Source: Candidatus Latescibacterota bacterium (GTDB lineage: Bacteria; Latescibacterota; UBA2968; GCA-2709665). Taken from it: a stretch of DNA of 64,000 bases. The notes beneath the pieces were generated by a model, which worked only from the letters and a program-made list of their open reading frames with translations, was not told the origin of the DNA and searched no databases. Position 1 is the stretch's first letter. Every line of letters starts with the position of its first letter. Below, piece after piece: positions 40,243 through 49,940 of this stretch. The position numbers and the translations under genes were made by a program. The stretch covers positions 1 to 64,000 of the forward strand of contig CAXXJS010000055.1 in NCBI GenBank assembly GCA_963662665.2. Direction: 5' to 3'.

Positions 40243-42024
40243 ATGACGCTAAATCCCTTCAGACCCTTCTGGACGTATCTGAAACCCTACAGCAGTCGTA
40301 TCCTCACGGGTCTGGCGCTGTTGTCGATCGGCCAACTGGCTTCGAGCGCGATACCTCTTGCGTTGAGAGAAGCGGTCGATCTGGTAAAGGAATGGTTGGA
40401 CGGCGCGAAGGACGGGATCCCGCTGCAGGACGGAAGCGTGAGCGATCAGGTGGTATTCTGGGTATTGATTATCCTCGGACTCGCGCTGGTGCAAATGGGG
40501 TTGGAAATGGGCATGCGCTGGTGCCTGATCAGCGTTTCACGTTATGTCGAGTACGATATTAGACGGGACTATTTCAGGTCTTTGTTGAGGCAGTCTCTGA
40601 ACTACTTCCATCAGACGCCGACCGGCGATCTCATTTCCCGTGCGACCAACGACATGAACGCCGTCCGTATGTTTCTGGGCTTCGGCGTACGTATGTTGTT
40701 CGGTGCGGTTCTGGGCCTGGCCCTGAGCATGATTGTGATGTGCTGGATCGACTGGAAGCTGGCAATATTCGCTGTCGTGCCGATGCCGTTGATGGCCCTG
40801 GTAATGAACCGCCTGGCCGGCAGGGTCCACCACGGGTTCCGGTCCGTGCAGGAACAGTTTTCGCGAATAAGCGCCCGCGTTCAGGAAAACCTGTCCGGCA
40901 TCAGGGTGGTCAAAGCATTTGCACAGGGGAGCGCCGAGATCGATGCGTTTGACGAATTGAACCGGGACTACCTGGTCAAGAACCGCAAGCTGATCCGCAT
41001 TCAAAGTCTCCTTTTTCCGCTGACGTTTCTGATCAGCGGCGCGTCGCTGGCGGTCATACTCTGGGTAGGCGGCGCGCATGTGATCGAGGGTCGGCTCACT
41101 CTCGGGGATTTCGTGGCGTTCAACGCCTACCTGACCAAGTTGATTTTTCCTATGATTACATTGGGCTGGATGATCGACCGGTACCAGCGGGGTCTGGCGT
41201 CCATGAAGCGGATTGAGGAAGTCCTCGCCACAATACCCGAAATCCAGGATTCGGACCGCGTGAGGAAAGTCAAATCGCTTCACGGTAAAATCGAATTCCG
41301 GAACCTGACCTTTTCGTACAATGGCGTGCCGGTATTGAAAAATATCGATCTGCATATTCCAGGTGGCAGCACGCTTGCGCTGGTCGGTCGGATTGGTTCT
41401 GGCAAAACCACGCTGGCACGACTGATCCCGCGCCTGCTTCAGGCAACGGGGGGCGCCGTGCTGATCGACGGTATTCCGGTGGATGATATCCCCCTGGTTA
41501 CGCTCCGGGCGTCCATCGGATATGTCCCTCAGGATACATTTCTTTTCTCGGACTCGCTTCGGGAGAATATCAGCCTTGGGCACGACCGGGCAACGGAGGG
41601 AGACGTACTGTGGGCGAGCGACGTCGCCGGTCTTTCGAGCGATCTTTCGAATTTCCCTCAGGGAATCGAAACTTTGATCGGTGAGCGTGGCGTGACACTG
41701 TCGGGTGGCCAGAAGCAACGGACCGCGCTGGCCCGCGCGGTGATCCGTCGACCTGAAATTCTGATTCTGGATGATGCGCTCGCCAGCGTCGATACGCAGA
41801 CCGAAGAGTTGATATTGAACCGTCTGCGTGAGGTTATGTCGGCCAGAACCACAATACTGATTGCGCACCGAATCTCAACTGTACAGGACGCGGATCAGAT
41901 CGTTGTACTGGATGAAGGGGCGATTGCGGAACGGGGCGCCCACAAGGAACTGATTAACCTCGGCGGCATCTATGCCGACATGCACCGGCGCCAGCAGTTG
42001 ACCCGAGAGCTGGAGGACATCTGA
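40243..42024 (+). CDS. ABC exporter, fused permease/ATPase (subunit 1 of a probable heterodimer)
   Basis: TM domain, GRIGSGKT, LSGGQKQR, degenerate Walker B ILILDD. Confidence 0.92.
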   Translation: MTLNPFRPFWTYLKPYSSRILTGLALLSIGQLASSAIPLALREAVDLVKEWLDGAKDGIPLQDGSVSDQVVFWVLIILGLALVQMGLEMGMRWCLISVSRYVEYDIRRDYFRSLLRQSLNYFHQTPTGDLISRATNDMNAVRMFLGFGVRMLFGAVLGLALSMIVMCWIDWKLAIFAVVPMPLMALVMNRLAGRVHHGFRSVQEQFSRISARVQENLSGIRVVKAFAQGSAEIDAFDELNRDYLVKNRKLIRIQSLLFPLTFLISGASLAVILWVGGAHVIEGRLTLGDFVAFNAYLTKLIFPMITLGWMIDRYQRGLASMKRIEEVLATIPEIQDSDRVRKVKSLHGKIEFRNLTFSYNGVPVLKNIDLHIPGGSTLALVGRIGSGKTTLARLIPRLLQATGGAVLIDGIPVDDIPLVTLRASIGYVPQDTFLFSDSLRENISLGHDRATEGDVLWASDVAGLSSDLSNFPQGIETLIGERGVTLSGGQKQRTALARAVIRRPEILILDDALASVDTQTEELILNRLREVMSARTTILIAHRISTVQDADQIVVLDEGAIAERGAHKELINLGGIYADMHRRQQLTRELEDI

Positions 42025-42171
42025 CAGCCCGTTGAAATTGCCCATCCGGGCTGCGTCCGGCCCCTTCTGGCGGAATGACTGCGTTCCACTCCCTCGCCGA
42101 ATCCCCCGATTCGACGCGGTCGCACGCCTTGTCTTCGGCCTCGCCTGAAGAGCGACTTTATCAACGGACCG
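42025..42171 (-). mobile_element. MITE copy 2 (147 bp, inverted, small internal deletion)
   Basis: Reverse complement of copies 1 and 3; begins immediately after the TGA stop at 42024; flanks CTGA / CTAA. Confidence 0.82.
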
Positions 42172-42215
42172 CTAAACCTGCGGGTACCGTAGCTGCCCGG
42201 GAGCGGCAACCCCCA

Positions 42216-44000
42216 ATGTCCGACGCAACACGCGATGTCCACGAAGAAGAGGTGACGCAGAAGCCGTTCGATGCGAGGCTGATGTGGCGCCTTCTGGCTT
42301 ATCTCAAGCCGTATTCGGTTTGGGTGACTGTGGCGTTCGTCCTGATTCTCTTGGCTTCGGGCGCCAGGCAGGCAGGTCCGTATCTAAGCAAGATTGCCGT
42401 GGATGACCATATCCTTCAGGGGGACCTGGCGGGCCTGAACCGGATCGTGCTGGTGTTCGTGGGGCTGCTCGTGTTTCAGTTTATGGCCGACGTGGCTCAG
42501 AGGATGGTCACCCAGATGGTTGGACAGTGGGTGATGTACGATATTCGCAAGGCGATCTTTGCGCATCTTCAACGGTTACCCGTTCGATTCTTCGACCGCA
42601 CGCCCATCGGCAGGCTGATGACCCGCAACACCAACGACGTGGACGCGCTCAACGAGTTGTTTACGGATGGGGTGGTGGCCGTGTTCAGCGATATCTTCAC
42701 GCTGATCGCAATTATGGCATTTATGTTTTACATGGACGCGTCACTCGCGTTTCTGGTCTGCGCGACGGTGCCCGTAATGTTCGGAGTGACGTTCTGGTTC
42801 CAGGGGAGCATGTTGCGCGCTTTTCGCCTGGCGCGCAGCCGGTTGGCACGATTGAACGCCTATTTGCAGGAAAATATCACGGGTATGCCGGTGGTACAGC
42901 TCTTCGGCCGCGAAGGCCGGCACGCGGATCGGTTTGACGGGATAAACGGCCGATACCGGTCCGCAAATCTGGAGTCGACGCTGTATTACTCGCTCTATTT
43001 TCCAATAATGCAGTTGCTCGGTTCCGTGGCGATGGCGCTCGTCATCTGGCAGGGAAGCAACGATGTGATCCGATCTCAGATCGAGTGGGGAGCGTTGGTG
43101 GCCATGCTGCAGTACATCCCTCGGTTCTTCTGGCCCATTCTGGATGTCGCAGAACGGTACGCGATCCTGCAGGCGGCGATGGCGTCGTCAGAGCGGATAT
43201 TTGAACTCCTGGATACGGAGCCGGAGCCCGGCCCCGGCAAGGCAGGACGGAAGAGGATCCGCGGCGAGATCGAGTTCTCAAATGTCTGGTTTGCCTATAA
43301 CGAGGATGATTGGGTCCTGAAAGACGTCTCGTTCCTCGTGAAACCCGGGGAACGGCTGGCCATTGTCGGCGCGACGGGTTCCGGAAAGACAACCATTATC
43401 AACCTGCTGTGCAGATTCTACGACGTTCAACGCGGGCTGATTCGAATAGACGGAGTCGATATTCGGGAGTGGGACGTCGACGCTTTAAGGCGACGCATTG
43501 GCGTCGTACAACAGGATGTATTTCTGTTCTCAGGGGACATTGGCGCGAATATCCGCCTGAGAAACGCCGAAATCTCACAACAGAGGGTCGAACAGGCCGC
43601 GCGCGACGTAAACGCACAGCGGTTCATCAGCCGCCTGCCCGCAGGTTACGGTCATGCCGTCACGGAAAGGGGCGACACACTGTCCGGCGGACAGCGCCAG
43701 CTGCTGGCCTTCGCCCGGGCGATCGCATTTGAACCCGACATCCTGGTTCTGGACGAAGCTACCTCCAGCGTAGACACCGAAACGGAGGCCTGGATTCAGG
43801 ACGCGGTGGGCAGACTGATGAGGTCGAGGACTTCCATCGTTATCGCGCATCGGATTTCAACCGTGCGCAGCGCCTACCGGATTCTGGTCCTTCACAAAGG
43901 CGAGATTCGAGAAGCGGGTACACACGAAGCCCTGTTGGCGCGGAGGGGTATCTATTACCGGCTTCACCAACTTCAATACGTGGGCGGTGGGCCCGGTTAG
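42216..44000 (+). CDS. ABC exporter, fused permease/ATPase (subunit 2)
   Basis: GATGSGKTT, LSGGQRQ, ILVLDEATS; ATG 42216 preferred because the longer ORF start lies inside the MITE. Confidence 0.92.
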   Translation: MSDATRDVHEEEVTQKPFDARLMWRLLAYLKPYSVWVTVAFVLILLASGARQAGPYLSKIAVDDHILQGDLAGLNRIVLVFVGLLVFQFMADVAQRMVTQMVGQWVMYDIRKAIFAHLQRLPVRFFDRTPIGRLMTRNTNDVDALNELFTDGVVAVFSDIFTLIAIMAFMFYMDASLAFLVCATVPVMFGVTFWFQGSMLRAFRLARSRLARLNAYLQENITGMPVVQLFGREGRHADRFDGINGRYRSANLESTLYYSLYFPIMQLLGSVAMALVIWQGSNDVIRSQIEWGALVAMLQYIPRFFWPILDVAERYAILQAAMASSERIFELLDTEPEPGPGKAGRKRIRGEIEFSNVWFAYNEDDWVLKDVSFLVKPGERLAIVGATGSGKTTIINLLCRFYDVQRGLIRIDGVDIREWDVDALRRRIGVVQQDVFLFSGDIGANIRLRNAEISQQRVEQAARDVNAQRFISRLPAGYGHAVTERGDTLSGGQRQLLAFARAIAFEPDILVLDEATSSVDTETEAWIQDAVGRLMRSRTSIVIAHRISTVRSAYRILVLHKGEIREAGTHEALLARRGIYYRLHQLQYVGGGPG

Positions 44001-44011
44001 GCTGTTTTTTG

Positions 44012-44040
44012 TTGACAAAACGTCTACATTTGTATATCCT
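44012..44040 (+). promoter_or_regulatory. Putative sigma-70 promoter for the HU gene
   Basis: TTGACA-17 bp-TATCCT. Confidence 0.6.
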
Positions 44041-44112
44041 TTTCGCTTGTCCGAACCAATTCGACCGGTCGGTTTTTCGTTGAGTCGCAAGCCAATTTCG
44101 AAAGGGGATTCG

Positions 44113-44391
44113 GTGACCAAAGCCGATATCGTCAATCAGATTGCAGAGGCCACAGGGTTGCCGAAATCGGATACGGCGGCTGTTGTGGAGGGTTTTCTCG
44201 ACTCGGTTGTGTCGGCATTGCAACAAGGCGAGCATATCGAAATTCGAGGGTTTGGAACGTTTAAGGTCGTGACCCGGGCGCCCCGGATTGGGCGAAACCC
44301 AAAAACAGGCGACGTCGTTCAAATTCCGGAACGCCCCGCGCCGGTTTTCAAGCCTTCCAGGGAATTGCGGGCGGGCCTTAGAGGAGAATAA
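44113..44391 (+). CDS. HU/IHF-family DNA-binding protein
   Basis: GTG start, MTKADIV, IEIRGFGTF, GRNPKTG, PVFKPS. Confidence 0.93.
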   Translation: MTKADIVNQIAEATGLPKSDTAAVVEGFLDSVVSALQQGEHIEIRGFGTFKVVTRAPRIGRNPKTGDVVQIPERPAPVFKPSRELRAGLRGE

Positions 44392-44443
44392 CCGGTCAGA
44401 ACCCGCTCCTCACCACCGATGGTTTGACCAGAAGGAGTATCAC

Positions 44444-44533
44444 TTGCCCTGCGGAAGAAAACGAAAGCGCCACAAGATCGCGACTCACAAGCGCAAGAAA
44501 CGTCGCAGAAGAGATCGCCACAAGAAAGTCTGA
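44444..44533 (+). CDS. 29-aa basic protein, bS22 / AURKAIP1-COX24-domain-like
   Basis: TTG start after GAAGGAG; MPCGRKRKRHKIATHKRKKRRRRDRHKKV. Confidence 0.78.
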   Translation: MPCGRKRKRHKIATHKRKKRRRRDRHKKV

Positions 44534-44553
44534 CCGTATTCCAGAGTTGTGCG

Positions 44554-44631
44554 GGGGCATTAGCTCAGTCTGGATAGAGCGCTGGTCTCCGGAACCAGAG
44601 GTCACAGGTTCGAATCCTGTATGTCCCACCA
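44554..44631 (+). tRNA. tRNA-Arg(CCG)
   Basis: Acceptor GGGGCAT/ATGTCCC, anticodon arm CTGGT-CTCCGGA-ACCAG, GGTTCGAATCC, encoded CCA. Confidence 0.95.
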
Positions 44632-44639
44632 TGCCTGTC

Positions 44640-44678
44640 AAAGGCGGGCCGGCGAGTAATCGACGGCCCGCCTTTTTT
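44640..44678 (+). terminator. Intrinsic terminator after tRNA-Arg
   Basis: AAAGGCGGGCCG...CGGCCCGCCTTTTTT. Confidence 0.8.
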
Positions 44679-44863
44679 GTGTCCGCGCCTCGTGGCAATC
44701 AGATGTGTGGAACTCCAAACCCCATTCGCCGGTACGGAGTGGCCGTCGTACCCGAACCGTGCGGGACTTGAAGAAAATGGAACTTTCGTACTTCCAAATC
44801 GTTCCAAGCGTACGTCGCTCCATATCAAATCCGGAAACGCCGGTGAAATCGGGCGGCGGCTTC

Positions 44864-45760
44864 ATGGGAGCAAAGGGGTTGTTATCCGCCGTGGACTTCC
44901 AGGAACCCACCAGGAAGCGTCTTCCTCACGACGCCTCGGTACAGCGATATCTGAAGGAACTTCGCCGGTATCCACCCATGACGCGCAAAGAGGAAACGGA
45001 TACCCTCGCGCGGGCCCGAAAGGGCGATTCAAAGGCGATCGAGCGGCTGGTTACCTCCAATCTGCGTTTTGTCGTGAGCGTCGCCCTCGAGTACCAGGGC
45101 CGCGGTGTGCCACTTTCCGATTTGATTGCCGAAGGCAACATGGGCTTGATGGAAGCGCTGAACCGGTTTGACGAAACCCGGGGTTACAAATTCATCAGCT
45201 ATGCAGTCTGGTGGATTCGCCAGGCGATATTGAATGCGTTGAAACGAACTTCAGCGGTGTCCATGCCGGCCAACCGGCAGGAGGATATGGATCGCATGGC
45301 CCGGCGGTGGGGACAGATGACCCAGGAACTGGGGCGGGTGCCCACGGTGGACGAGGTGGCGAGTGATATGAAGATCAGTCGAAAGCGCGCGGAACGCGCA
45401 CTTCGGTGCGCACGGTCGGACCTCTCCCTCGAGTCTCCCATCGACGCGGAAGGTGAAAAGACCCTGTTGCAGGTGCTCGACTGCGACGACGCCCACCCGG
45501 ATCTGGAGGTTCTGGAAAGAGACCGCACCGAACTCATCAACGCCTCCCTCTCGGGTAGTCTCGACGCCAGGGAGGCAAACGTAATCCGGTCCTATTTCGG
45601 CCTGGAAGGCAGAGACCGAAGGACACTGGGCGAGATCGGCGGCGAACTGGGCGTCACGCGGGAACGCGTACGCCAGATCCGGAATCGAGCCCTGGGCAAA
45701 CTTCGCCGATATTTCAAACAACGGGTGCGTGCCGAGGAGTCCTGGCAGGATCAGGTCTGA
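44864..45760 (+). CDS. RNA polymerase sigma-70 factor, RpoD/SigA family lacking region 1.1 (start uncertain)
   Basis: YLKEL, SNLRFVVSVA, DLIAEGNMGL, KFISYAVWWIRQAI, TRERVRQI. Confidence 0.92.
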   Translation: MGAKGLLSAVDFQEPTRKRLPHDASVQRYLKELRRYPPMTRKEETDTLARARKGDSKAIERLVTSNLRFVVSVALEYQGRGVPLSDLIAEGNMGLMEALNRFDETRGYKFISYAVWWIRQAILNALKRTSAVSMPANRQEDMDRMARRWGQMTQELGRVPTVDEVASDMKISRKRAERALRCARSDLSLESPIDAEGEKTLLQVLDCDDAHPDLEVLERDRTELINASLSGSLDAREANVIRSYFGLEGRDRRTLGEIGGELGVTRERVRQIRNRALGKLRRYFKQRVRAEESWQDQV

Positions 45761-45788
45761 TGCCGCATTGACGCAGGGGCTGTAACAG

Positions 45789-45821
45789 GCGGGTAGGGGG
45801 TTTTCCCCCGCCCGCATTTTT
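45789..45821 (+). terminator. Intrinsic terminator
   Basis: GCGGGTAGGGGG-tttt-CCCCCGCCCGC followed by ATTTTT. Confidence 0.7.
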
Positions 45822-46267
45822 GTTGCAGGGAGCGAAACCGGTACGGCAGGTCGGTTGCGGTGAGGAACCGGCGGTCCAAGACAAGTACAAAGTCGTTGAT
45901 CCTACCGGATTTAATGGTTAAATTGGAAGCGCTTCCGGATTGGATCGCTTAGGGAATGTTACACCATTGAAAGACGACACTTATTGGCGTCATATCGAGA
46001 TTCCCGATCGTCTCCATATTGGCTCTGCCAAGAACTACCGGATCCGGTAGTTGAAACCCTCCTCCGTGTGGGCGCGCGCATGTGGTTTTCGAGGTTTGAA
46101 CGTCCGTGGTCACGTATTATCCGGTCTGTCCGTGGGGCGGCTCTCACCGCGGACTTTGTGTTCCGCCTTCGCGCCAGTACGACCGTACAGGCCTCTTGTT
46201 CCGCTGACGCTGGGAGGTGCCCGCCTGCGGCTGCGACCGGCCGGCGGTTATTCGCCGGTATGATCCC

Positions 46268-47041
46268 GTGAAAAGACTGTTGGAATTCCTGGGCCTGAAA
46301 ACGACCCGCTTTCTGTTGCTGACCCACTCGATGTTCGGGTATTTTCAGCGGCTTCTTGCCGAATTGCCAAACGCCTACTTCTACAGGCGGCAGATCGTTG
46401 AACAATGTTACTCCGTTGGCGTGAATTCGTTGTCTCTGGTCATCCTTGTTTCGGCGTTCAGTGGCATGGCCGTATCCACAATGATGGCCTACCAGATGGA
46501 GGACTACGTTCCGGACTATATGGTGGGCAGCATCGTTGTTCGCTCAGTGCTGCTGGAACTGGCCCCGATTCTAATGGGGCTGGTTCTGGCGGGCCAGGTG
46601 GGTGCGGGAATTGCATCGGAAGTGGGCACGATGAAGGTTTCTGAACAGGTGGATGCGCTGGTTTCCCTCGCAGTGGATCCGGTCGGTTACCTCCTCATGC
46701 CGCGGGTTCTCGCCGGCATCGTAATGATTCCCGTACTTGTGGTATTCTCGGCTTTCACGTCGATTTACGCCGGTTACGTGATGTCCATTCTTCTTATGGA
46801 TATTACAGTTGCGGATTTCGTGAAGGGAATGAAGCTGGATTTCAATTCGTACGATCTTGTGGTATGCCTGATCAAGTCCGTGATTTACGGAGGGCTGATC
46901 ACCTTCTACGGTTCGTACGCCGGACTGTCGGCAACGGGCGGGGCGCAGGGGGTGGGCCGCGCTGCGACGTCGGCGGTGGTGATCTCGGCGGCCTCGATCT
47001 TGATTCTCGACTACTTCCTGACCAAAACGTTGCTTTATTGA
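46268..47041 (+). CDS. mlaE: MlaE-family ABC permease
   Basis: ELAPILMGLVLAGQVGAGIASEVGTMKVSEQVDAL, GAQGVGRAAT. Confidence 0.9.
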   Translation: MKRLLEFLGLKTTRFLLLTHSMFGYFQRLLAELPNAYFYRRQIVEQCYSVGVNSLSLVILVSAFSGMAVSTMMAYQMEDYVPDYMVGSIVVRSVLLELAPILMGLVLAGQVGAGIASEVGTMKVSEQVDALVSLAVDPVGYLLMPRVLAGIVMIPVLVVFSAFTSIYAGYVMSILLMDITVADFVKGMKLDFNSYDLVVCLIKSVIYGGLITFYGSYAGLSATGGAQGVGRAATSAVVISAASILILDYFLTKTLLY

Positions 47042-47096
47042 AAACGGACTTTCATCCGTTTCGAATGTGGATCCTACCGTCCAGGGGCGTCGGTGC

Positions 47097-47852
47097 ATGG
47101 GAAAAAAATCGGCAAAGAATGGCGCTGCTGTAAGATTCGAAGCCGTGTTCAAGCGATTCGATGACTTGAAAGTGCTGACGGGTATGGATCTGGAGGTCCG
47201 CTGGGGAGAAGTCACGACCATTCTGGGGCCCAGCGGATGCGGTAAGAGCGTGACGCTCAAGCATATTATCGGCATCGAACAGGCAGACCACGGACGGGTG
47301 ACGGTTGCCGGCCACGATATGAATACCATCCAGAAGAACGACCTTAAGGAACTGAGAAAGCGAATCGGAGTGCTGTTTCAGTCCGCGGCGCTGTTCGATT
47401 CAATGAATGTAAAGGAGAACGTGGCATTCGGGCTGCGAATGCACACCCGGATGTCGGAGCAGCAGATTGCAGAACGGGTCGGGGTATGCCTTGAAGCCGT
47501 TCGGCTCTCCGGGGCCGAGCCGACGATGCCCGTCGAGCTTTCGGGCGGTATGCGGAAGCGTGCGGCGCTGGCGAGGGCAATTGCAATGTCACCGGATTTT
47601 ATCCTGTACGACGAGCCAACCACGGGCCTCGACCCCGGCACGGCCGCAGTAGTGGGCGACTATATTCTGAAACTTCAACGTGAGCTGGAAGTGACCTCGG
47701 TTGTGGTTACCCACGATCTGCCGCTTGCCCGCAGGATTTCGGACAGGATTGCCCTGCTCTACAACGGAAAGACAGCCATTCAAGGGACTCCCGAGGAAAT
47801 TGAGAGGAGCGGAAACGATGTCTATGACCTGTTTGTTCAAGGGAAAGTCTGA
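47097..47852 (+). CDS. mlaF: MlaF-family ABC ATPase
   Basis: GPSGCGKS, LFQSAALFDSM, LSGGMRKR, YDEPTTGLDP. Confidence 0.9.
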   Translation: MGKKSAKNGAAVRFEAVFKRFDDLKVLTGMDLEVRWGEVTTILGPSGCGKSVTLKHIIGIEQADHGRVTVAGHDMNTIQKNDLKELRKRIGVLFQSAALFDSMNVKENVAFGLRMHTRMSEQQIAERVGVCLEAVRLSGAEPTMPVELSGGMRKRAALARAIAMSPDFILYDEPTTGLDPGTAAVVGDYILKLQRELEVTSVVVTHDLPLARRISDRIALLYNGKTAIQGTPEEIERSGNDVYDLFVQGKV

Positions 47853-47864
47853 AGCGGGTGACGA

Positions 47865-48770
47865 ATGATCAGCCGAGAAAAACAGATGGTTCTGGGCGCC
47901 GTCATTTTTCTGGCGATTGCGATTGCGGTCCTTGGCGCGACCTGGCTATCGGAGAATTACGCCGGAGCCGCCGGCGGTTATCAGCTGCATGTCAATTTCG
48001 AAAGCGTACCAGGGCTGCAACCCGGTGACCCGGTGTTCATCCGGGGTGTCTGGGCCGGCAAGGTGCTGGAAATCAGACTTACGCATGGATTGCCACTTGT
48101 AAGCATCGGCTTTGCGGAATTTCGAAACCTTCCCCGGGATTCGAAGATTTTCTTGCAGGCCGAGGGATTATTGGGGGGCAAGATGATCGACGTGCAGGTG
48201 GGATCGGACGTCGAAAGGGTCTATGCCGACCACGACACGCTGCATGGGTTGTCGGGTGGCGGCATCGAAGAGATGGCGGAACATGCCAGTTCACTGGCCC
48301 AGCGCCTGGAAGCGGTGCTTGCCGATAGGAATCTTACCCACGTCGAGGCCTTGCTGGAGAATATGGATAGTACGGCCGTGCACCTCAAACAAACCCTTTC
48401 AGAGAACCGCGAGACCCTCGCAGCCGTGCTGGATAACGCCGCCGAGGCTGCGCGCGACGCACGGGGCATGCTGGGCGAGAACCGGCCGGAGGTGCGCCGG
48501 GTTGTCGAAAACATGCAGCGCGCAACAAAAAGGTTGGACGGAGTGGCGCGTAATATGGAGACCGCGTTGGAATCGCTCGGGACGTCACTATCCGATCTGA
48601 ACGACGTGAGCGGAAAACTGCGCCGCGGTGAAGGAACGCTGGGCCGCCTGATTTACGACGAACGGTTGTATTCGGATCTGGAGCGTACGCTCACCTCGGT
48701 GGATAGCCTGATCGAAGATATCAGAACGGACCCGAAACGCTATCTCAATGTTGATTTCAGTCTGTTCTAA
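47865..48770 (+). CDS. mlaD: MlaD/MCE-domain protein with a helical C-terminus
   Basis: N-terminal TM, GLQPGDPVFIRGV, GLLGGK, GEGTLGRL. Confidence 0.88.
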   Translation: MISREKQMVLGAVIFLAIAIAVLGATWLSENYAGAAGGYQLHVNFESVPGLQPGDPVFIRGVWAGKVLEIRLTHGLPLVSIGFAEFRNLPRDSKIFLQAEGLLGGKMIDVQVGSDVERVYADHDTLHGLSGGGIEEMAEHASSLAQRLEAVLADRNLTHVEALLENMDSTAVHLKQTLSENRETLAAVLDNAAEAARDARGMLGENRPEVRRVVENMQRATKRLDGVARNMETALESLGTSLSDLNDVSGKLRRGEGTLGRLIYDERLYSDLERTLTSVDSLIEDIRTDPKRYLNVDFSLF

Positions 48771-48792
48771 GCGGAGGTTTGGTGTGAGGGGG

Positions 48793-49938
48793 ATGGTTGT
48801 CCGAAATGCATTCTGGGTGCTGTCGTTCCTGTGCGCGGGATTGACACTTGCTCACGCAGGAGATCTGGAATGGTTCAGATGGGCGAAGCGTAAGGATGTT
48901 TCCTTCGGCGGCGCCCTTTCTGGCATGCGTACCGTTCGGATAATTCCTGCTGAAGCCGACACCGCCGGGCGTCTGGTTTACGGAGACCGCCAGGGCCTGT
49001 TGCACGTCCTCGAGTTCCGGGAGGGGCGATCCCGGGAGGCATGGGTGAGCCAATCCCTTAAATCATCTGTGGCGCAGGTATTTGTAGCGGATGTCAATGC
49101 AGATGGTCACCTTGAAATTGTCGCGTATTCGCATTGGGGCGACATTGTGATCTACAATGCGGATACGTATGAGTTGATATGGCGCAGCAAAGATGACGAG
49201 TACGCGACGATCTCAACGATGGCGATAGCAAACCTGGATGGAGACCCGCAGCTGGAGTTGATTTTCCTCGGGGAAGCGGAAGACGCTTCGGGTGAACAGG
49301 GATCCCGGTTGTTTGTCTACGACGGCAAGCATCTTGCGGAGGAGCGCAGGGGCGAACAGACCCTGATTGGGGAAAGCATGGTCATAGCGAACCTGGACGA
49401 AGACGCCCAACTCGAAATCGCCATAAATACCGGCGTAGTAATCGATGGAAGATCCCTCGACTTCGAATGGCACTTCGGCGGATGCGACCGCATGGGGTAC
49501 ATGGACGTGAACTATGACGGAACGCCGGATCTGATCGGAGAATTCAAGAGTTTACGGCCCGAGAGATACATAAAGGTAATTTCGATAACCTCGGACTTTC
49601 GGGGTAATCATGGAGACGATGTCTCCGGAAGGATCGCAGACTGCGCTTCCTGCCACAAGCTGAGGGCGTTCTGCCAGGATTGCCACGAGAGAGAAGGGGT
49701 AACCGGCACCGTTGGTCATCAGGACCCGGGTGGACGCATCGACGCGGAGGATTTCCATCTTCGGGAGGCGCCTTACTTTGCGCCGTACGGTAATGTGCAG
49801 GAATGCACGAACTGTCATAAGCCGGAACTCCGGGAGGTATGTCTCGCGTGTCACCAGCGTACCGTTCCGGACGGTGAAGAAGCGGTTAGGGCGAACAACG
49901 AGATCTTCTCGATTCTGTCCGAGTTAGAGGACCGATAG
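48793..49938 (+). CDS. Exported FG-GAP/VCBS-repeat protein fused to a four-CXXCH cytochrome c domain
   Basis: Signal peptide; ADVNADGHLEIV, ANLDGDPQLELI, ANLDEDAQLEI, MDVNYDGTPDLI; CASCH, CQDCH, CTNCH, CLACH. Confidence 0.8.
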   Translation: MVVRNAFWVLSFLCAGLTLAHAGDLEWFRWAKRKDVSFGGALSGMRTVRIIPAEADTAGRLVYGDRQGLLHVLEFREGRSREAWVSQSLKSSVAQVFVADVNADGHLEIVAYSHWGDIVIYNADTYELIWRSKDDEYATISTMAIANLDGDPQLELIFLGEAEDASGEQGSRLFVYDGKHLAEERRGEQTLIGESMVIANLDEDAQLEIAINTGVVIDGRSLDFEWHFGGCDRMGYMDVNYDGTPDLIGEFKSLRPERYIKVISITSDFRGNHGDDVSGRIADCASCHKLRAFCQDCHEREGVTGTVGHQDPGGRIDAEDFHLREAPYFAPYGNVQECTNCHKPELREVCLACHQRTVPDGEEAVRANNEIFSILSELEDR

Positions 49939-49940
49939 GT

